64,000 nucleotides of DNA from Mobula birostris (Eukaryota): positions 13,578,001-13,642,000 of the forward strand of contig NC_092400.1 of NCBI RefSeq assembly GCF_030028105.1, given 5' to 3'. Position numbers and translations under genes: made by a program. The notes under the pieces are model-generated. The model was not told the DNA's origin and searched no databases. It saw only the letters and a list, made by a program, of their open reading frames with translations. Shown one piece after another: positions 48,901-63,200 of the stretch. Position 1 is the first letter of the stretch, and the number at the start of each line of letters is the position of its first letter.

Positions 48901-51107
48901 ACCCTCTTTATGCCATGGACCCCAGTTTGGGAATCCGTGGTGCAGAGGATGTTTCCTGTAGTGAACCAGAGGGCATCGCCTCAGCATAGAGGGATATCCC
49001 TATAGAACAGAGACCAGGAGGAACTTCTTTAGTCAGGAGGTGGTGAATCTGTGGAATTCATTGCTATAGAGGCTGTGAAGGCCAAGTCATGTGGTATATC
49101 TAAAATGAAGCTTGACTGGTTCCTGATTAGTAAGGGTGCCAAAGTTGCAGAGATAAGGCAGGAAATGGGGTTGAAAAGGATAATAAATCAGCCATGATGG
49201 AATGATAGAGTAGACTCCATGGGCCAAATAGACTAACTGTGCTCTTAGGTCTTAAGGTTATTTTGCATCAGAAATCAACATCTAAATGATTAATATACAT
49301 GTTTGTACACCATAAATTTGAACTCCTAATTCCAGATTTGAAAATATTATGTACTCATCCTTCCATTAAATGTGACTTGTTTTTTTTGGTTAATATTGAC
49401 AATACTGTGTGAATAAATTTAAATCAGTGATTGCTGCAGCCATCTAATTTGCAGCTTGTGGCTTAATACTGTATATTTTGAATTGATAAGAGATTACATT
49501 TTTGTGAACAAACACAATTCTCCTTGATAATTACCCAGCACATGGAATTGAATTTGATTATTTATTATCTATGGCATTTGCTGTCATAGTTTAGCAATTT
49601 ATATTAAAAAAAATTAGGTCAATGCACACTACATAACTAAACTGTCACCAGATTATTGTCAAAAGGTAATGATGTTTAGATTTTTATTATCACATTATGT
49701 CTAAATCTTAAGCTCACAAATAAAGATGACAAAAAATGTTATTTTGCCTGGTCATTTTCAAAGTTAACACTGTTGTCATGAAATCTTACCCTAGTTTTGG
49801 GTAATACAAGAGAGAGAAAATTCCTTCATCAAGACCATAAGACAGGGGAGCAGGATTAGACCATACTCTACGATTTCATCAGGGCTGTTCCATTTTCCTC
49901 TCAGCCCAATCTCCTACCTTCTCCCTGTATCCCTTCATGCCCTGACCAATGTCAATGTCCAAATCAAACAAATCTCTGGAAGACCATTTCATTCCTATAA
50001 TGCTTTAATTCCTTTCTGGCTTCTGCCCCTCGTACCTTCACAATGACCTGTAGAATATCTGATCATGTTTTCTATTGTTACTTCATTAAACAAAATTGCA
50101 AAAGATTTACGCTACTACTGTGAAAGGCCTTGCAGCCTTTCTCTTCAACAGTAAATAACCAGTTCAGCATTATCACTTTATCATTGATTACACTTTTGGT
50201 GGCTGGAAATGGCACTTTGTACCCAAATGAATAACTTAACTGGGTTACTCTTGTGAGCTTCACTAACACACAATAACATTATAAACATAAAAACTACAAT
50301 TAAAGAAGCATTTCTCCAGGTAATTCAGTAGTAAATCTGATCAACTAATTTAAGACAAGTGAATCAGAACAGCGGAATGTTTACACAAACAGAATTTTGC
50401 AAAAACGTGTTACAATCAGAGGAGTACTACAAACTGAAAACTGATATGATGTGCAGCATTAAGCAGGCTTGAATTCAATGGAAATTTATAGAACAATTAA
50501 ATAAAAACATAATCTCACTAACACAGAACTTCCAAAAACTACAAATTGAAACCTTAGTATATATGCCCAGACGTAGTGGCAACAGCCTCTGAAGTCACTA
50601 CAGTTCGATATTAAGGTTAGACTAATGTTCCATTTAAGTTCACCTTGCTCCCTGTTTTTAATACTATGGCTTACAAATAGAAGAACCTCTGAGAATTAGA
50701 TTTCTCAGGCAAAAAATGTTTATGCACGGTACGTTTTAAAGACATACTGAGAATTGATGCGATTTTTAAAAAAACACTGGTTGTGGGGGTTTTACATCAA
50801 AATACTGCTATCAGCTATCCACAGAGTATGATTATAAAATCCAGTATGAAATAAAGCTGCTATAAGCTTAATATTAATGTAATGTTAAAGACTTAACAGT
50901 ACATATCTTCTGACAAATATAACTTACCACTGAGGAAAGTGATCAGATCAGAATTTTTGATTAATGTGGCTACCATACCCCTAGCAGTCTAGCCCCTTCC
51001 AGAAATCGGGATTCTGCCAATGCAGTAGGTCAAGTGCATACGTGCAAATCACTAGATACAAAATAATACTGAATAATTATTGCATAGTGGACAAGTTGGT
51101 TATGTTT

Positions 51108-51233
51108 CTAAGTTACAGTCTGAGATCGCTGTCGTAGTTCTGCAGAAGGCAAATGAGTGCTAGAATTCAAAATACATTCCAGTGGCTGGTCATGCCGTGT
51201 TTGGTTTACTCGAGCATGCTCTTCATACCATTC
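51108..51233 (-). CDS. TPCN1: TPCN1 last coding exon
   Basis: cag|EWYEEHARV...LRQRSQTVT*. Confidence 0.94.
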   Translation of the reverse strand, partial: EWYEEHARVNQTRHDQPLECILNSSTHLPSAELRQRSQTVT

Positions 51234-54200
51234 CTGTGGAAAAAGATATATTTTATTGTTTTGGATTGTATAAGAAATGAGCTACTAAAATGGCGACATA
51301 ACTGAATAGGTTGGTAATTAAAGTGTCCTTTTAAATACAGTGGCCTTCATGAAATTAAATTGAGTAATAAAACATGCTTATCCATTTGAAGTTCCATGGA
51401 CATTTATTAGGCAATAGCTATCACATACCTCTATCGATCTCCATACTTCCTGAATGAAACAATTAATTCTTTATGAAGAGTATTCCACAAAATTACTCCC
51501 ATTTTAAATATGCTTTAACAACTCAACTGATCTAACGGATTTGTTTATGTGGCAAATACAGTATAGCTTATAGCATGTTATAATTCTCATACCTGAATTT
51601 CTTCTTCATACATTTTAATACTCAGGTCACTTTTAGTTCTTAATCTTCTACCAATGAAAACCATTTTAAGTTGCTGTAATAAAACAAGAAATCAAATGAA
51701 ATATTATTACGTTTAAAATATCCCCTGGAAGAAGTTTGAGGTGTTATGAAACCAAAATATGTGGATAATGTATAATTACAACAGATTGGTCAATAAAGGT
51801 CATGGTAATTATCTTCCTCTTATCTTGTCCTTTGGCTGCATTAAATGCCATATAATATTCCCATCAAAAAGTATTAAGGTAATTTTTTTCTTGGGTCAAC
51901 TTTCAAAAACATTGAATGGTGTGCTCATAATTGTGGGAATTCCTTTGCTTTCAATTTGCCCTCCTCTATTGGGCACAGCTAAAATTGGGTTTCATTAACT
52001 CTTCTACTGTAGATTCAAGTTAAAGTCATAAAAACATAATGAGCAATGATATTAGGTTGTTCAAACCTTATTCCTCCAGATAATGCTATATGTTAAACAT
52101 TGTACACATATGTGAGTCTGGAGAGTGAATGTAAGTAAAAGTCTTCAACTCCAAGAGAAAAGAGTATCATAGGTAAAATGGATCTCGACTCCCACTAGAA
52201 TCCGCACGAGTTGGGGTGGCACGGTAGTGTGGATAGCACAACACTTCCCAGTACCAGCTACCGCGGTTCAATTCCCGCCGCAGTCTGTAAGGAGTTTGTA
52301 TGTTCTCCCCGTGACCATGTGTGTTTACTCTTGAGTGCTCCAGTTTCCTTCCACAGTCCAAAGACATACTGGTTGATAGGTTAATTGGTCATTGTAAATT
52401 GACCAGGGGTTGCTGGGCAGCGCTGCTCGAAGGGCTGGAGTAACCTATTCTGCGCTAAATAAATGTTCACTTACAGTAAAAATGTTTGGGTTCAGGAGCT
52501 TCATTTTGATTTTGCTTTGGCTAACTGTAATGCCTGAACTACAATTAGATAAGAGATGGAATTAAAAATCCTGTGACAATACTCCTCAGTGCTTCCTGAA
52601 TAAAATTTCTGAACCATTGGGGCGGTTAAAAATAAATTGTTATTGACGCTCATGCAAAAAAGTAATGAGTACATAATATAGAATATTATCTATGTGTAAA
52701 AACTGTGATAGGAATGTAAGTAAACTAATCTTTAATTTTACTTGTATTCAGATTTGTGAATTAGACCATAAGACCAAGGAGCAAAAGTCGGCCATTCGGC
52801 CCATCAAGTCTGCTCCGCCATTTTATCATGAGCTGATCCAATCTCCCATTTAGTCCCACTCCCCCGCCTTCTCACCATAACCTTTGATGCCCCGTTTACT
52901 CAGATACCTATCAATCTCTGCCTTAAATACACCCAATGACTTGACCCGTGGCAACAAATGCCACATTATTTCCTTTTATATAACACTATATACCATACAT
53001 ATGAAAAGCAATATCATAGTAGTACACAGTCTGAAAGGGTTCAGCATTTTCATTCATATGAAACAATAAAAGAATTTATAAATATTTAGCAGCTTAGGCT
53101 GCAACAATGTAAAACGTTATGTTTGATTGACTTTTCAGGGTTGATTGATTTGAGATTTCTGCTTTTGATTAAATAATGACATTCTTTTATTTAGTGATCA
53201 TTTAGTTTGTTGTCACTGATTTACTGGACTCTGAAACTCACACTTGTTCCTCAATCACACTTTATGTACTTGTGCACAAGCAGAACATGGCCTCTGTCAC
53301 CGGGCTGTTCTGAAGTTTGAATAAAGAAATAGCATTTTTATACAAAAACTGACCAGTAGATATACTTGAATATTGACCAGTTGGTAATCTTGTGTATGTT
53401 CAAATTCCTTGTTTGCAAAATCAACCACCATTCAAACTAAGGAATCCAGATATTAATAGCCAATAGAATCTCCATGTTAAAGACCAATAATACTTAACAA
53501 TTAGGAAAGTAACTGACCCTAGAATCCTTCATTTGCATCCTTGTCTTGATGTATCAAAAGGCTCTGGTCCCCTGCTGTACAAAGGAAAGCTATGTTCTTC
53601 AAAGACCTTTCTTCAAGGGCCTTTCTTACATAGATTGTCCGCACATTATCTGTAAAACTATCTTTGCCTGGACATTACCCTAACCCCCGTCTTTCACAGC
53701 CTCACAATTAACTCCACCAATACAGAGCAGACAAGCTTTCCCTGCCTACCCTGAATATGCAAGACAACTTGCCTCATAAAGGACCGTGCCAACTTCAGTT
53801 AATATTAAAGACAAGTTGTTGAAACTGAATGAAAAACAACCAGTAAATGAAGAAGGTATGAATACATACATCATTCTTTGCCATTCTGGATGACAATTTA
53901 AAAAGCCCTGCAATTTCAGAAGCTGGAGAACCATTCTGTTTGTTGAATTCAAGAAGTCTATCAATCTCCACTTTGTCCACCTCAGTTTCAAAAACAATTC
54001 CATTTTCATCTGGAAGGACAAAAGACAAGGAAGATTATCTCAACCAGTTACGACTATGTTTTATGCTCCAGTTACAGCTCATCTCACCTTTCATCTAATG
54101 ATCTCAACATAACCTCTGTTCTCTTCTCATTCTTATCTAGAGTCCTCTCAAAAATACTCACATCTGCCTATTTGATTTCCTGTCAAATGAGTAAAAATAC

Positions 54201-57200
54201 TCCTTTAAAACTGCCTTTAAAAAATTAATTCATGAAATATGAATGTTGTTAAGACAAGCTTTTCTTGACTGTCCTTAACTGTCTTTGAGGTGATGTTATG
54301 ACAATTCTCTGAATACTGCAGTTTCTACAGTGAAAATATTTCTGTATTGATCTTCGCAGGGAGTACCAGGATTTACACAAATAGTAATAAAGAAACTGTT
54401 ACTAGACACCCCCACCGCACCAGCTTCCAGGGTTTAGATGGTCTAACTCTCCAGAGTATGGTTAGCTGGTGTGGCACCCTTAAGGCTTCAGGACCGTCCC
54501 ACTAATTGGCAATCATGTTTTGGTGTCAAGAACTCAGTATCTTAAAGCACACCTGAACAGAGCCTCAGTGCTCAATCGTAAGCCAAACTAGACATATCAT
54601 CTAGTGTTTTGTTTGTGCTCAGTTTTCATTCCATTATTAAACTGTCTCTCGATCCTTGCCTTGGATACTCAAGCATTTGGGTCCTAACCATCCTTATCAA
54701 GGTCTCTCGTCACAGTACAGTTGAGCCTACATGGACCCAGTGCTGTATCAGAGTCTTCTGTCTGCTGTGGCTAGCCGTAGTGAGAGGATTTCCAGGGATT
54801 CATGACCTCCAGGTTGCTGTTTGTCAACTTTCGCAAGGAGGAAGCCAGAGTCGCTCAGGAGAGCCAGACAGTCATTCTGGGGAGCCACTACATCTTCCAA
54901 CCCTAGGAAGATTCAATGGTGACCTGGGTTCTCGCCGTGGCTGCCTCACCCAATGCTCATTAGTATTTGATCTCCAGCCATCCTGGTTCCCTTCAGAGCA
55001 CGGAAAGTTGGCCTTCATAATTTCTCTTCTGACTGGAGCAGCAATGGCCTGGGCCACCACGCGTTAGGAACCAAGGTCAGAGGTTTGCTCAGACTCGGAG
55101 GAATGCATGGCTGCTTGGCCCTGCAGAAGGTGTTCCATCATCCCGCAGCAGCCAGCTAAGCATCAGACTGCTTGAAGAAGAATCAACAGGGTGGATGGTC
55201 AGCGGCCGACTACGCTATTGAGTTCCGGACTTTGGCCCAAGAGAGTGGTTGGAACAGGGAAGCCTTGGCCACTCTATACAGCATAGACTCTGGGACAAGC
55301 TAAAGGATGCTATCGCTTTGGGAGAGCCAGCATGGGACTTAAAGATCCTCATTGATCAATCAATCTGCCTCAACAATTGTCTGGCGGAGTGTAAGAGGGA
55401 CCATATTAAGAGGCATAAGACAGCTAGCCTGACCCCAGCCTCAAGCCATCCTGGTTCCACACCCCCCCGCCAAACTCGGACCATGACCAACCCACCTCCC
55501 GCTAGGGACTCGGCCAAGCCATGCAGCTCGATTAACTAAGGGTCTCTGCTGAGAGGTCCTGGCGTCAGAATCAAGGCTGCCGCTGTCACTGCGGGGAAGC
55601 AGGTCACCTGCTGGACAAATGCCTGAAGCTGCAGCCATTGGGAGAACTGCTAAGATTGTCCAATATTGAGGGGACTGTGACAGAAGCAGACACCACTCCC
55701 AACTCTATTTACTTGGGCATCACGATGAAGACAGAGATCTCCTGGGGTAATAACAGGTGAAACTTTTGTAGACTCTGGGGAAGCCAGTAATTTCCTGGAC
55801 TTATGAGCCACCTGTTGGCTCAACATACTGTTGAGAGAGTTGAGCTAGTCTATGTCTGCATCTGTCTTAGACAGCCGATGTCTAGGTTCCAGACAGATTC
55901 AGCAACAGGCTGTGGTCTTGCAGATGAGGATAGGGGATCATGTGGAGGACATTAATTTCTACATCATTGACTCACCACTCATACCCCTGATCCTCAGGCA
56001 CCCTTAGCTGTTTCAGCATAACCGATCTGTGGTCTGGATGGAGGGGAGAATCATTGCTTGATCCGGTTACTGTAAGAGGGTATGTTTGCGGCATGGTATT
56101 CCAAACCCCAGATTCTCCCAAGACCACCAACCAGCAAGCCCTAGGGATCCAACCGAAAGGTCCCGACTAAAGGTAAGACTCCTAAATGCAGACCCTTGGA
56201 GCCTGTTCCCAGGGGCTCAAGAACCATCTGTAACACCTCGTTGCCATCGCCTGAGGACACAACAGAGCCTAGTGAACCTAGGGAGGTGACTTGGAGGTCA
56301 GTCAAACCACCCCTCCCACCTAAGAAGCCTCAGGAGTCGTCCTTGAGGGAGGGTTCAGAAGAATTTACAACACCCAGACCAGTTGAAGTTCCTTCCATAT
56401 ACAAGGACTTGGAAGAGGTCTTCAGCAAGGGAAAGGCCTCAACTCCTCCATCACACCGACCCTACGACTGTGCTATAGATCTTCTGCCTGGTACTTGTTC
56501 TCCTCGGGGTAGATTGTACACAATGGAAGAATATATAAAGGAGGCTCTTGCTATGGGATTCATTTGGCCCTCTACTTCACCAGCCAATGCAGACTTCTTC
56601 TTCATACAAAAGAAGGGTAGGACTTTGCAGCCATGTATTGATTATAGATAATTAAACTGTATAACAGCCAAGAATCATTACCCCCTTCTGCTCATTAATA
56701 TCGCCTTTGAGATTCTCCAAGGGGCAAGTGTATTCACTAAGCTAGACCTGTGGAGTGCATACAATCGAGTCTGTATAAAAGAATCAGAATCAGGTTTATT
56801 ATCATCGGCAAATGACGTGAAACTTGTTAACTTAGAACCAGCAGTTCAATGCAATACATAATATAGAATAAAAAAAATAATAGTAATAAATAAGTAAATC
56901 TTATTCAGCAGTATATGAAAATTGAATAGATTAAAATCGTGCAAAAAACAGAAATACTATATATTAAAATAAAGTGAGGTAGTGTCCAAGGGTTCAATGT
57001 CCATTTAGGAATCAGATGGCAGCGGGGAAGATGCTGTTCCTGAATCACTAAGTGTGTGCCTTCAGGCTTCTGTACCTCCTACCTGATGGTAACAGTGAGA
57101 AAAGGACATGCCCTGGGTGCTGGAGATCCTTAATAATGGACGCTGCCTTTCTGAGACACCACTCGTTAAAGATGTCCTGGGTACTTTGTAGGCTAGTACC

Positions 57201-60200
57201 CAAGATGGAGTTGACTAAATTTACAATCTTCTGCAGCTTCTTTTGGTCCTGTGCAGTAGCGCCCTCCCCCATACCAGAGAGTGATGCAGCCTGTCAGAAT
57301 GCTCTCCACAATACATCTATAGAAGATTTTGAGTGTATTTGTTGACATACCAAATCTCTTCAAACTCTAATAAAGTATAGCTGTTGTCTTGCCTTCTTTA
57401 TAACTGCATCAATATGTTGGGACCAGGTTAGCTCCTCAGAGATCTTGACACCCAGGAGCTTGAAACTGCTCACTCTCTCTACTTCCTGATTCCCCTATGA
57501 GGATTGGTATGTGCTCCTTCATCTTACCCTTCCGGAAGACCACACTCAGCTCCTTCATCTTACTGAAGATGAGATGTCTGCATTCAACATACCCATGTGG
57601 CACTAAGAGTGCCCAGTTATGCCTTTGCCCTTGCGAACGCTCCAGCAGTTTCCCAAGCCTTTATAAACTATGTGCTCTGGCATACTCTCCATAACCATAC
57701 CCTCATCTACTTGGATGATATCCTAATCTTCACAAAGTCCATAGAGGAGCGTGTCGCCCACATCAGGGACATTTTAAAGAGTCTTCTTGACTATAGACTT
57801 TATGTCAAGCTGGAGAAGTCCAAATTTCACATGACGACCATTTCAATTTTGGGTTTTATCATCTCCATTGGCAATCTCAAAATGGACCCTACGGAGATCC
57901 AGGCAGTCAGAGATTGGCCACAACCATCCAGTGTCAAACAAGTCTAACGAGTCCTGGGATTTCCGAACTTTTACCAGAAGTTCATCAGCAGCAGCTTTGT
58001 TGTCGGCTCCAAGAAATCCACGGGCCCCTTTGTCTTATACTATTGCAGCAGAGGCAATGTTTACAGCGATTAAATGATTAAACAGCAGTTCACACCAGGC
58101 AGCTCCCATCTTGGTTTCACCTAACCTGGAGCTTGCCTTCATCGTGGAGGCGGGTGCTTTGGATATCGGAGTGGGTGCAGAATTGTCTCAGTGGTCACCT
58201 TCAGACAGTAAACTCCACCCATGTGCATTCTTCTCCACATCCCTGGCAGAGAGAAACTATGACATCGGGAATCGGAAGCTACTAGCAGTTAAGTTGGCAT
58301 CAGAGGAATGGTGTCACTGGCTTGAGGGAGCCAAGAACCCTTTATTGTCTGGGCAGACCATAAAAACCTGGCTTATATTGAGATGACCAGGAGACTGAAT
58401 TCCAGGGAAGCCAGGTGGTCTCTTTCTTTAACCATTTTAAATTTGTTCCGAACTATTGACCCGGCTCAAAGAATCAAAAACCAGATGCCTTGCCTTGTCA
58501 GATCGACAAACCCAAAGGAGAGGAGCAGCTCATCACTATTTTGCCCCAAGCTAAGGTGATAAAGCAAATCTGGTGGGGAATTGACGAGCTTGTTTGCAAG
58601 GCCCAGACACAAGGGGAGACTCCTAAGAATGGTTGTCTGGGTCGACTGTTTGTTCCAAGATCCATCAGGTCACAGGTACGCCAGTGGGGACATTTATCGA
58701 GAATGACTGCTCATCCAGGGATTGCCAGGACCCTCGAGTTCATCAAGAGAAGGTACTGGTGGCCTGGAATAGCAAAAGAGGTTGAACAATACGTGCAGGC
58801 ATGCGAGGTGTGTGCCCAGAACAAGGAGCCCTGTATCCAACCGCAAGGGCTTCCGGACAGACCATGCGCACATCTCCATGGACCTTGTCACAGGTCTTCA
58901 GCCTTCCAAGGGGAAGACCGCCATCATGGTAATCGTCTATCGGCTTTCAAAGGCCTGCAGATTCATTGCCTTGGACAAGCTACCATCTGCAGTGGAGACG
59001 GCTGAAATAGTCCTGCACCAGGTCATCAGAATCCATGGTTTTCCAGTGGACATAGTTACAGATAGCAGCCCACAATTTGCATCACGTTTCTGGAGGGCGT
59101 CCTGTAAACTGATTGGGGCAACAGCAAGTCTCTCCACTGGGTTTTACATACAGTTCAACTGCCAGACTGAGTGGGTCAATCAATATTTGGAATGAACCCT
59201 AAGATGCCTGGCCTCAGAAGGACCATTTGATGTGGGCAGAGGTTACCCACTACATTTTACGGCATTTGGTGCAAGGGATGTCACCATTCAAGTGACAATT
59301 TGGGTATTCTCCACCACTCTTCCCTGAGCAGCAGCCTGAGGTTGGGGTTCCTGCAGCTAAAGATCTTGTCCAGCGCTGCAAGCAGAAATGGACAAGGCCA
59401 AGGGAGCTTTTGCTGGCCTCTACCCTGAGGGTGTAGACCAAGGTTAATCAAAGGAGAAGACAGGGATCTGCCTTGCAGCCTGGGCAAAAGATCTGGCTGT
59501 CCACTCAGGGCTTGCCTCTCCAGGTGGAACTACAAAGTTGGCACCCAAGTTCATCGGATCCTTCAAGGTCCTCAAGAAAGAAAACCAGATGGCTTACACC
59601 TTGCAGCTCTCCAAGACCCTAAAGATCAATCCCACCTTCCTCATCTCTAAATTAAACTCTGTCAGAACCAGTCCCTTAGCCCCACCACCACCCAAGCTTA
59701 TCGATAGGGAACAGGTCTTCACAGTGAGAAGAATTTTGGACTCATGAACTGTTCGTGGTGTTTGGCAATATCTTGTAGACTGGGAAGGATTCAGACCTGA
59801 CGAAAGGTGCTGGGTGCCTGAAAAAGATTACTGGATCTGGTTTTCATTCATGATTACCACCACCGTCTCTCCGAGCAACCAGGGCCATCAGGAATTGGCC
59901 ATAGAGAAGGGGGTCCTTTTACGAGACGCACCCAACCGTGCCAGCTTCCGGGATTTAGACACTCTAACTCTCCGGAATATGGATAGCTGGCACAGCCTCT
60001 TTAAGAGTTCAGGACCGTCTCACTAATTGGCAATCATGGTTTGGTGCCAAGAACTCAGTATTTACAAAGCACCTGAACGCAGCCTCAATGCTCAATTGTA
60101 AGCCCAACCAGAGATATCGTCTAGTGTTTTGTTTGTGCTCAATTGTATTTCCAGTGTCATACTGTGTCTCGATCCTTGCCTCGGGTACCCTAGCATTTGG

Positions 60201-63200
60201 ATCCTAACCATCCTTGTCAAGGTCTCTCGTAACAGAAAAAATGATATATATTTCCAAGTAAATGAAGCAGTTTACATATTATCTGTCCTTCAGCCATGAT
60301 GCAGTGATTAGGGTGTTGTGGCATTGGCAATCAACTGGGCTGTTTAGACCTTGATGGTGCTGGGCGTTCTAATTACTGTTAAAACTGTACCCCAGAAAAG
60401 GGAACTATATTCTGCCATATCCTAATTTATGCTTTTGAAGTTGGAAAGGCTTTAGGAATCTAGGAAGTGTGTCAATGATGCAAAGTATCCAAACGTTGAC
60501 TTGCTCTTGTATTCTAAGTATTTATTAATGATTTCTCCTTTGTATTAAGTCAATATTTTGACAGTAAAGAATGCATTCCCTGAATACTCCTATTATTAAG
60601 TGCATTGAAATTCACTCACTTCTCATCTGGAGTAACTTTCATTGTTCATGATGGTCAAGGCTGCAATGAGATCTTTAACCAAGTATTCTCGCCACATCTG
60701 TTCTGAACTTTGCCCCTTGACCAACCTTTGGTCTCTGCCTCCGGCTGGTAATGTTGTTCCACCAATGTTCAACATCATCTCAAGGAATAGTACCTTATCT
60801 TCGGGAGTCAATATCAGATTCAAAGCAAAGATGAGAGCCAACTTGAAAGTGGTGTATAAGATTATGAGAGGTATAGGTAGAAGGGACAGTCAGCATCTTT
60901 TTTCCCCCAAGAAGCCAATGGCCAATACCAGAGGACATCCATTTAAAGTGAATGGAGGAAAGTTTAGGGAGATGTCAGAATAACATACACAAAATGCTGG
61001 AGGAACTCAGCAGGTCAGGCAAAATCTATGAAGGGGAATAAAGGGTTGACGTTTTGGGCCGAGACCCTTCATCAGGAGATGCCAGAGATAGTTTTTTTTT
61101 GTTTTACCCTAAGAGTGAAGGGTGCCTGGAACATACTGCGGTGGGTGGTTGAAGGGGCTGATAGAATTGGGCCATTTAAAAGGATTCTTACATAAGCACA
61201 TGGATGTAAGAAAAATGGAGGGTTACGGGATGTGTAGCAGGGAACAGTTAGATTGATCATGGAATAGGTTTTTATAAGCTATCTCAAATCATGGATTGAT
61301 GGGCTCCTACTGTACTGTTTTATGTTCAGATAATTACTTATTCCAATTTTGTTTCTCGTATTTCCAAAGATTTCATTTGTCTGCTACTTGCACTGGTTAG
61401 GGACATACAGTACATTTACCGCCCTCTTTCAGTTGACGTAAGCATTTTTATGTCACTCAATCTTTTTAGGTCTCATGGACCATTCCTTTTGATTTCTTCA
61501 CCCTTACCCCTTTCCTTGTGGTAAGTGGGAAATGGAATAAGATTTAGCTTTTCACAGTCCTGATTACAGGAAATCGACCTGAAACATTTTCTTTTACTCT
61601 TCACTGCCACTGCCTAACCTACTGAGAATCCTTGTGTTTAATTAGATGTTGCGATCATACAATATATCATACCTCTTGATTTTTTATACTGTAACATCAT
61701 TACTATAAGAATATATTTTTTAGATGAGATTCCGAGGTAACAACCAATACTCATTTCTTAAATTACTATACTAAAGTACAAAAAAAATGAGCATCTGGAA
61801 ACCAAATACTAAATGACAAAAAGAAAATATGGAATGGACGATGGATGGATACATACCTTCTTCATCTTTATTTTTTCTACTATAGTTCATTCGAAACAGA
61901 AAGGCATCCAAAATAAAGGCAACAATAATAGTAAGCACAACCTAAATAAGAAACAACAATTTAAAAAATCACAACTGAGAGTTATGAAAGATAAACCGAT
62001 TTTTAATCATTTAGAAAATGATTTTATAATTTAGAAAATCACTTGTTGATGTGATTCTTTTAGAATGTGATACTTTATCTTTGGTTGAAGGCAAACACGT
62101 TAAGATGGTGACATTATGAAATATTAAATGTCTATATTTAAATAAGAAATTAAATCTAAATGTATTAATTTTTGAACAAAATTACTTGATAAATATTTTA
62201 AGGCATCAAAAATCCTTCATAATATGAATTGCACATTGATAATCACATTTAGAAGCTGAAGGTGCAAGTGGAATTATAGAAATCATCATTATTTACACAG
62301 ACAAGTGCAATTCCTCTCTTTGGGATCGGGATACATTTTTCACATTGCCAGATATTTTTTTTTCTCTTTTTCTCCCCCGTTCGACATTAGAAAGCTACAG
62401 TATGTACCCCAGTAGTTCTTTAAGGACACAGAATGCTTTCACAGGAATCACACTGCTAATGAAAGCAGTGCAATAGGAGTTATTGTAGTCTTATATAGAG
62501 AGAAATGTATTATTGATAACAGTGCTTCCCACTGCTGCACCAAGAACCTGGGTGCTGGGAAACTGGCATGAACCCCGCCTTTCCGATGCTTCATGTCCAA
62601 AATATATTTGAGACAACTTCCATGTTCGCATATTTTAGTGCTATGTTTCATAATGCAGAGTCATTGAGTCAATGGAAAGAGCATTTCATGCCACTGTGTC
62701 CAAGCCAATCAGCAGGGTCCCATCCATACTAATCCCATCTTGGCTCATAGCCCCTAGCTCATAGCTCTCTATGCCTAGAGAATTCAAGTGCTCACTTAGC
62801 CACTTAAATACAGCAACTCTGCTCCCTTCACACTTCCAGGCATTCTATTCCAGGTGCTCACTGCTCTCTGGGTGAAAGAGATCCCTCAAAGATCCCCTCT
62901 AAATCTCATACCCCTCACCCAAGTCCTAAAGTCAGCCTTCTGAATTCCATATACTCATAGGCAGCAACACGTCAAGCCACTGCTTACCAAAAACCCACAC
63001 AGATGAAAGAGGGTCAAACAAGAGTTCCCATTTCATTGAGGGGGTTGGCCAGGAACAGTGAACAAAACCAACATGAATCAGTGATACATAACATTTCAAC
63101 ACAGTGATTTGTAATCCAGATTCTTGAAATGAAGAGGAAAAGTTTAAAAGAAAAGTAAGTTCATTTCTTTTTATGAGAATAAATTTTAGATAATTTCCAT

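Larger units (their letters stand above)
54397..60234 (+). mobile_element. Full-length degenerate Ty3/Gypsy chromovirus (sushi-like) in a TPCN1 intron
   Basis: LTRs at 54397-54714 and 59917-60234. Flanks GAAAC/GAAAA. PPT AGAGAAGGGGG at 59903-59913. Remnants of gag, protease (VDSG), RT (YLDDILIF), RNase H ([16 protein letters not shown]), integrase (H..HPG..CEVC) and chromodomain ([17 protein letters not shown]), with many stops and frameshifts. Confidence 0.93.

Noticed and set aside
44150-51107. Overlapping SLC8B1 and TPCN1 3'UTRs
   Set aside because: Several candidate poly(A) signals exist on -, and transcript ends cannot be fixed without RNA data.
54609-59747. Domesticated gag/pol gene (PEG10/RTL1-like)
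   Set aside because: Many stops and frameshifts, a LINE insertion in RT and retained LTRs indicate a decaying element.
60623-60841. Minus-strand ORF as a TPCN1 exon
   Set aside because: Exons 61857-61941 and 53870-54009 already join in phase; this sequence looks like TE debris.
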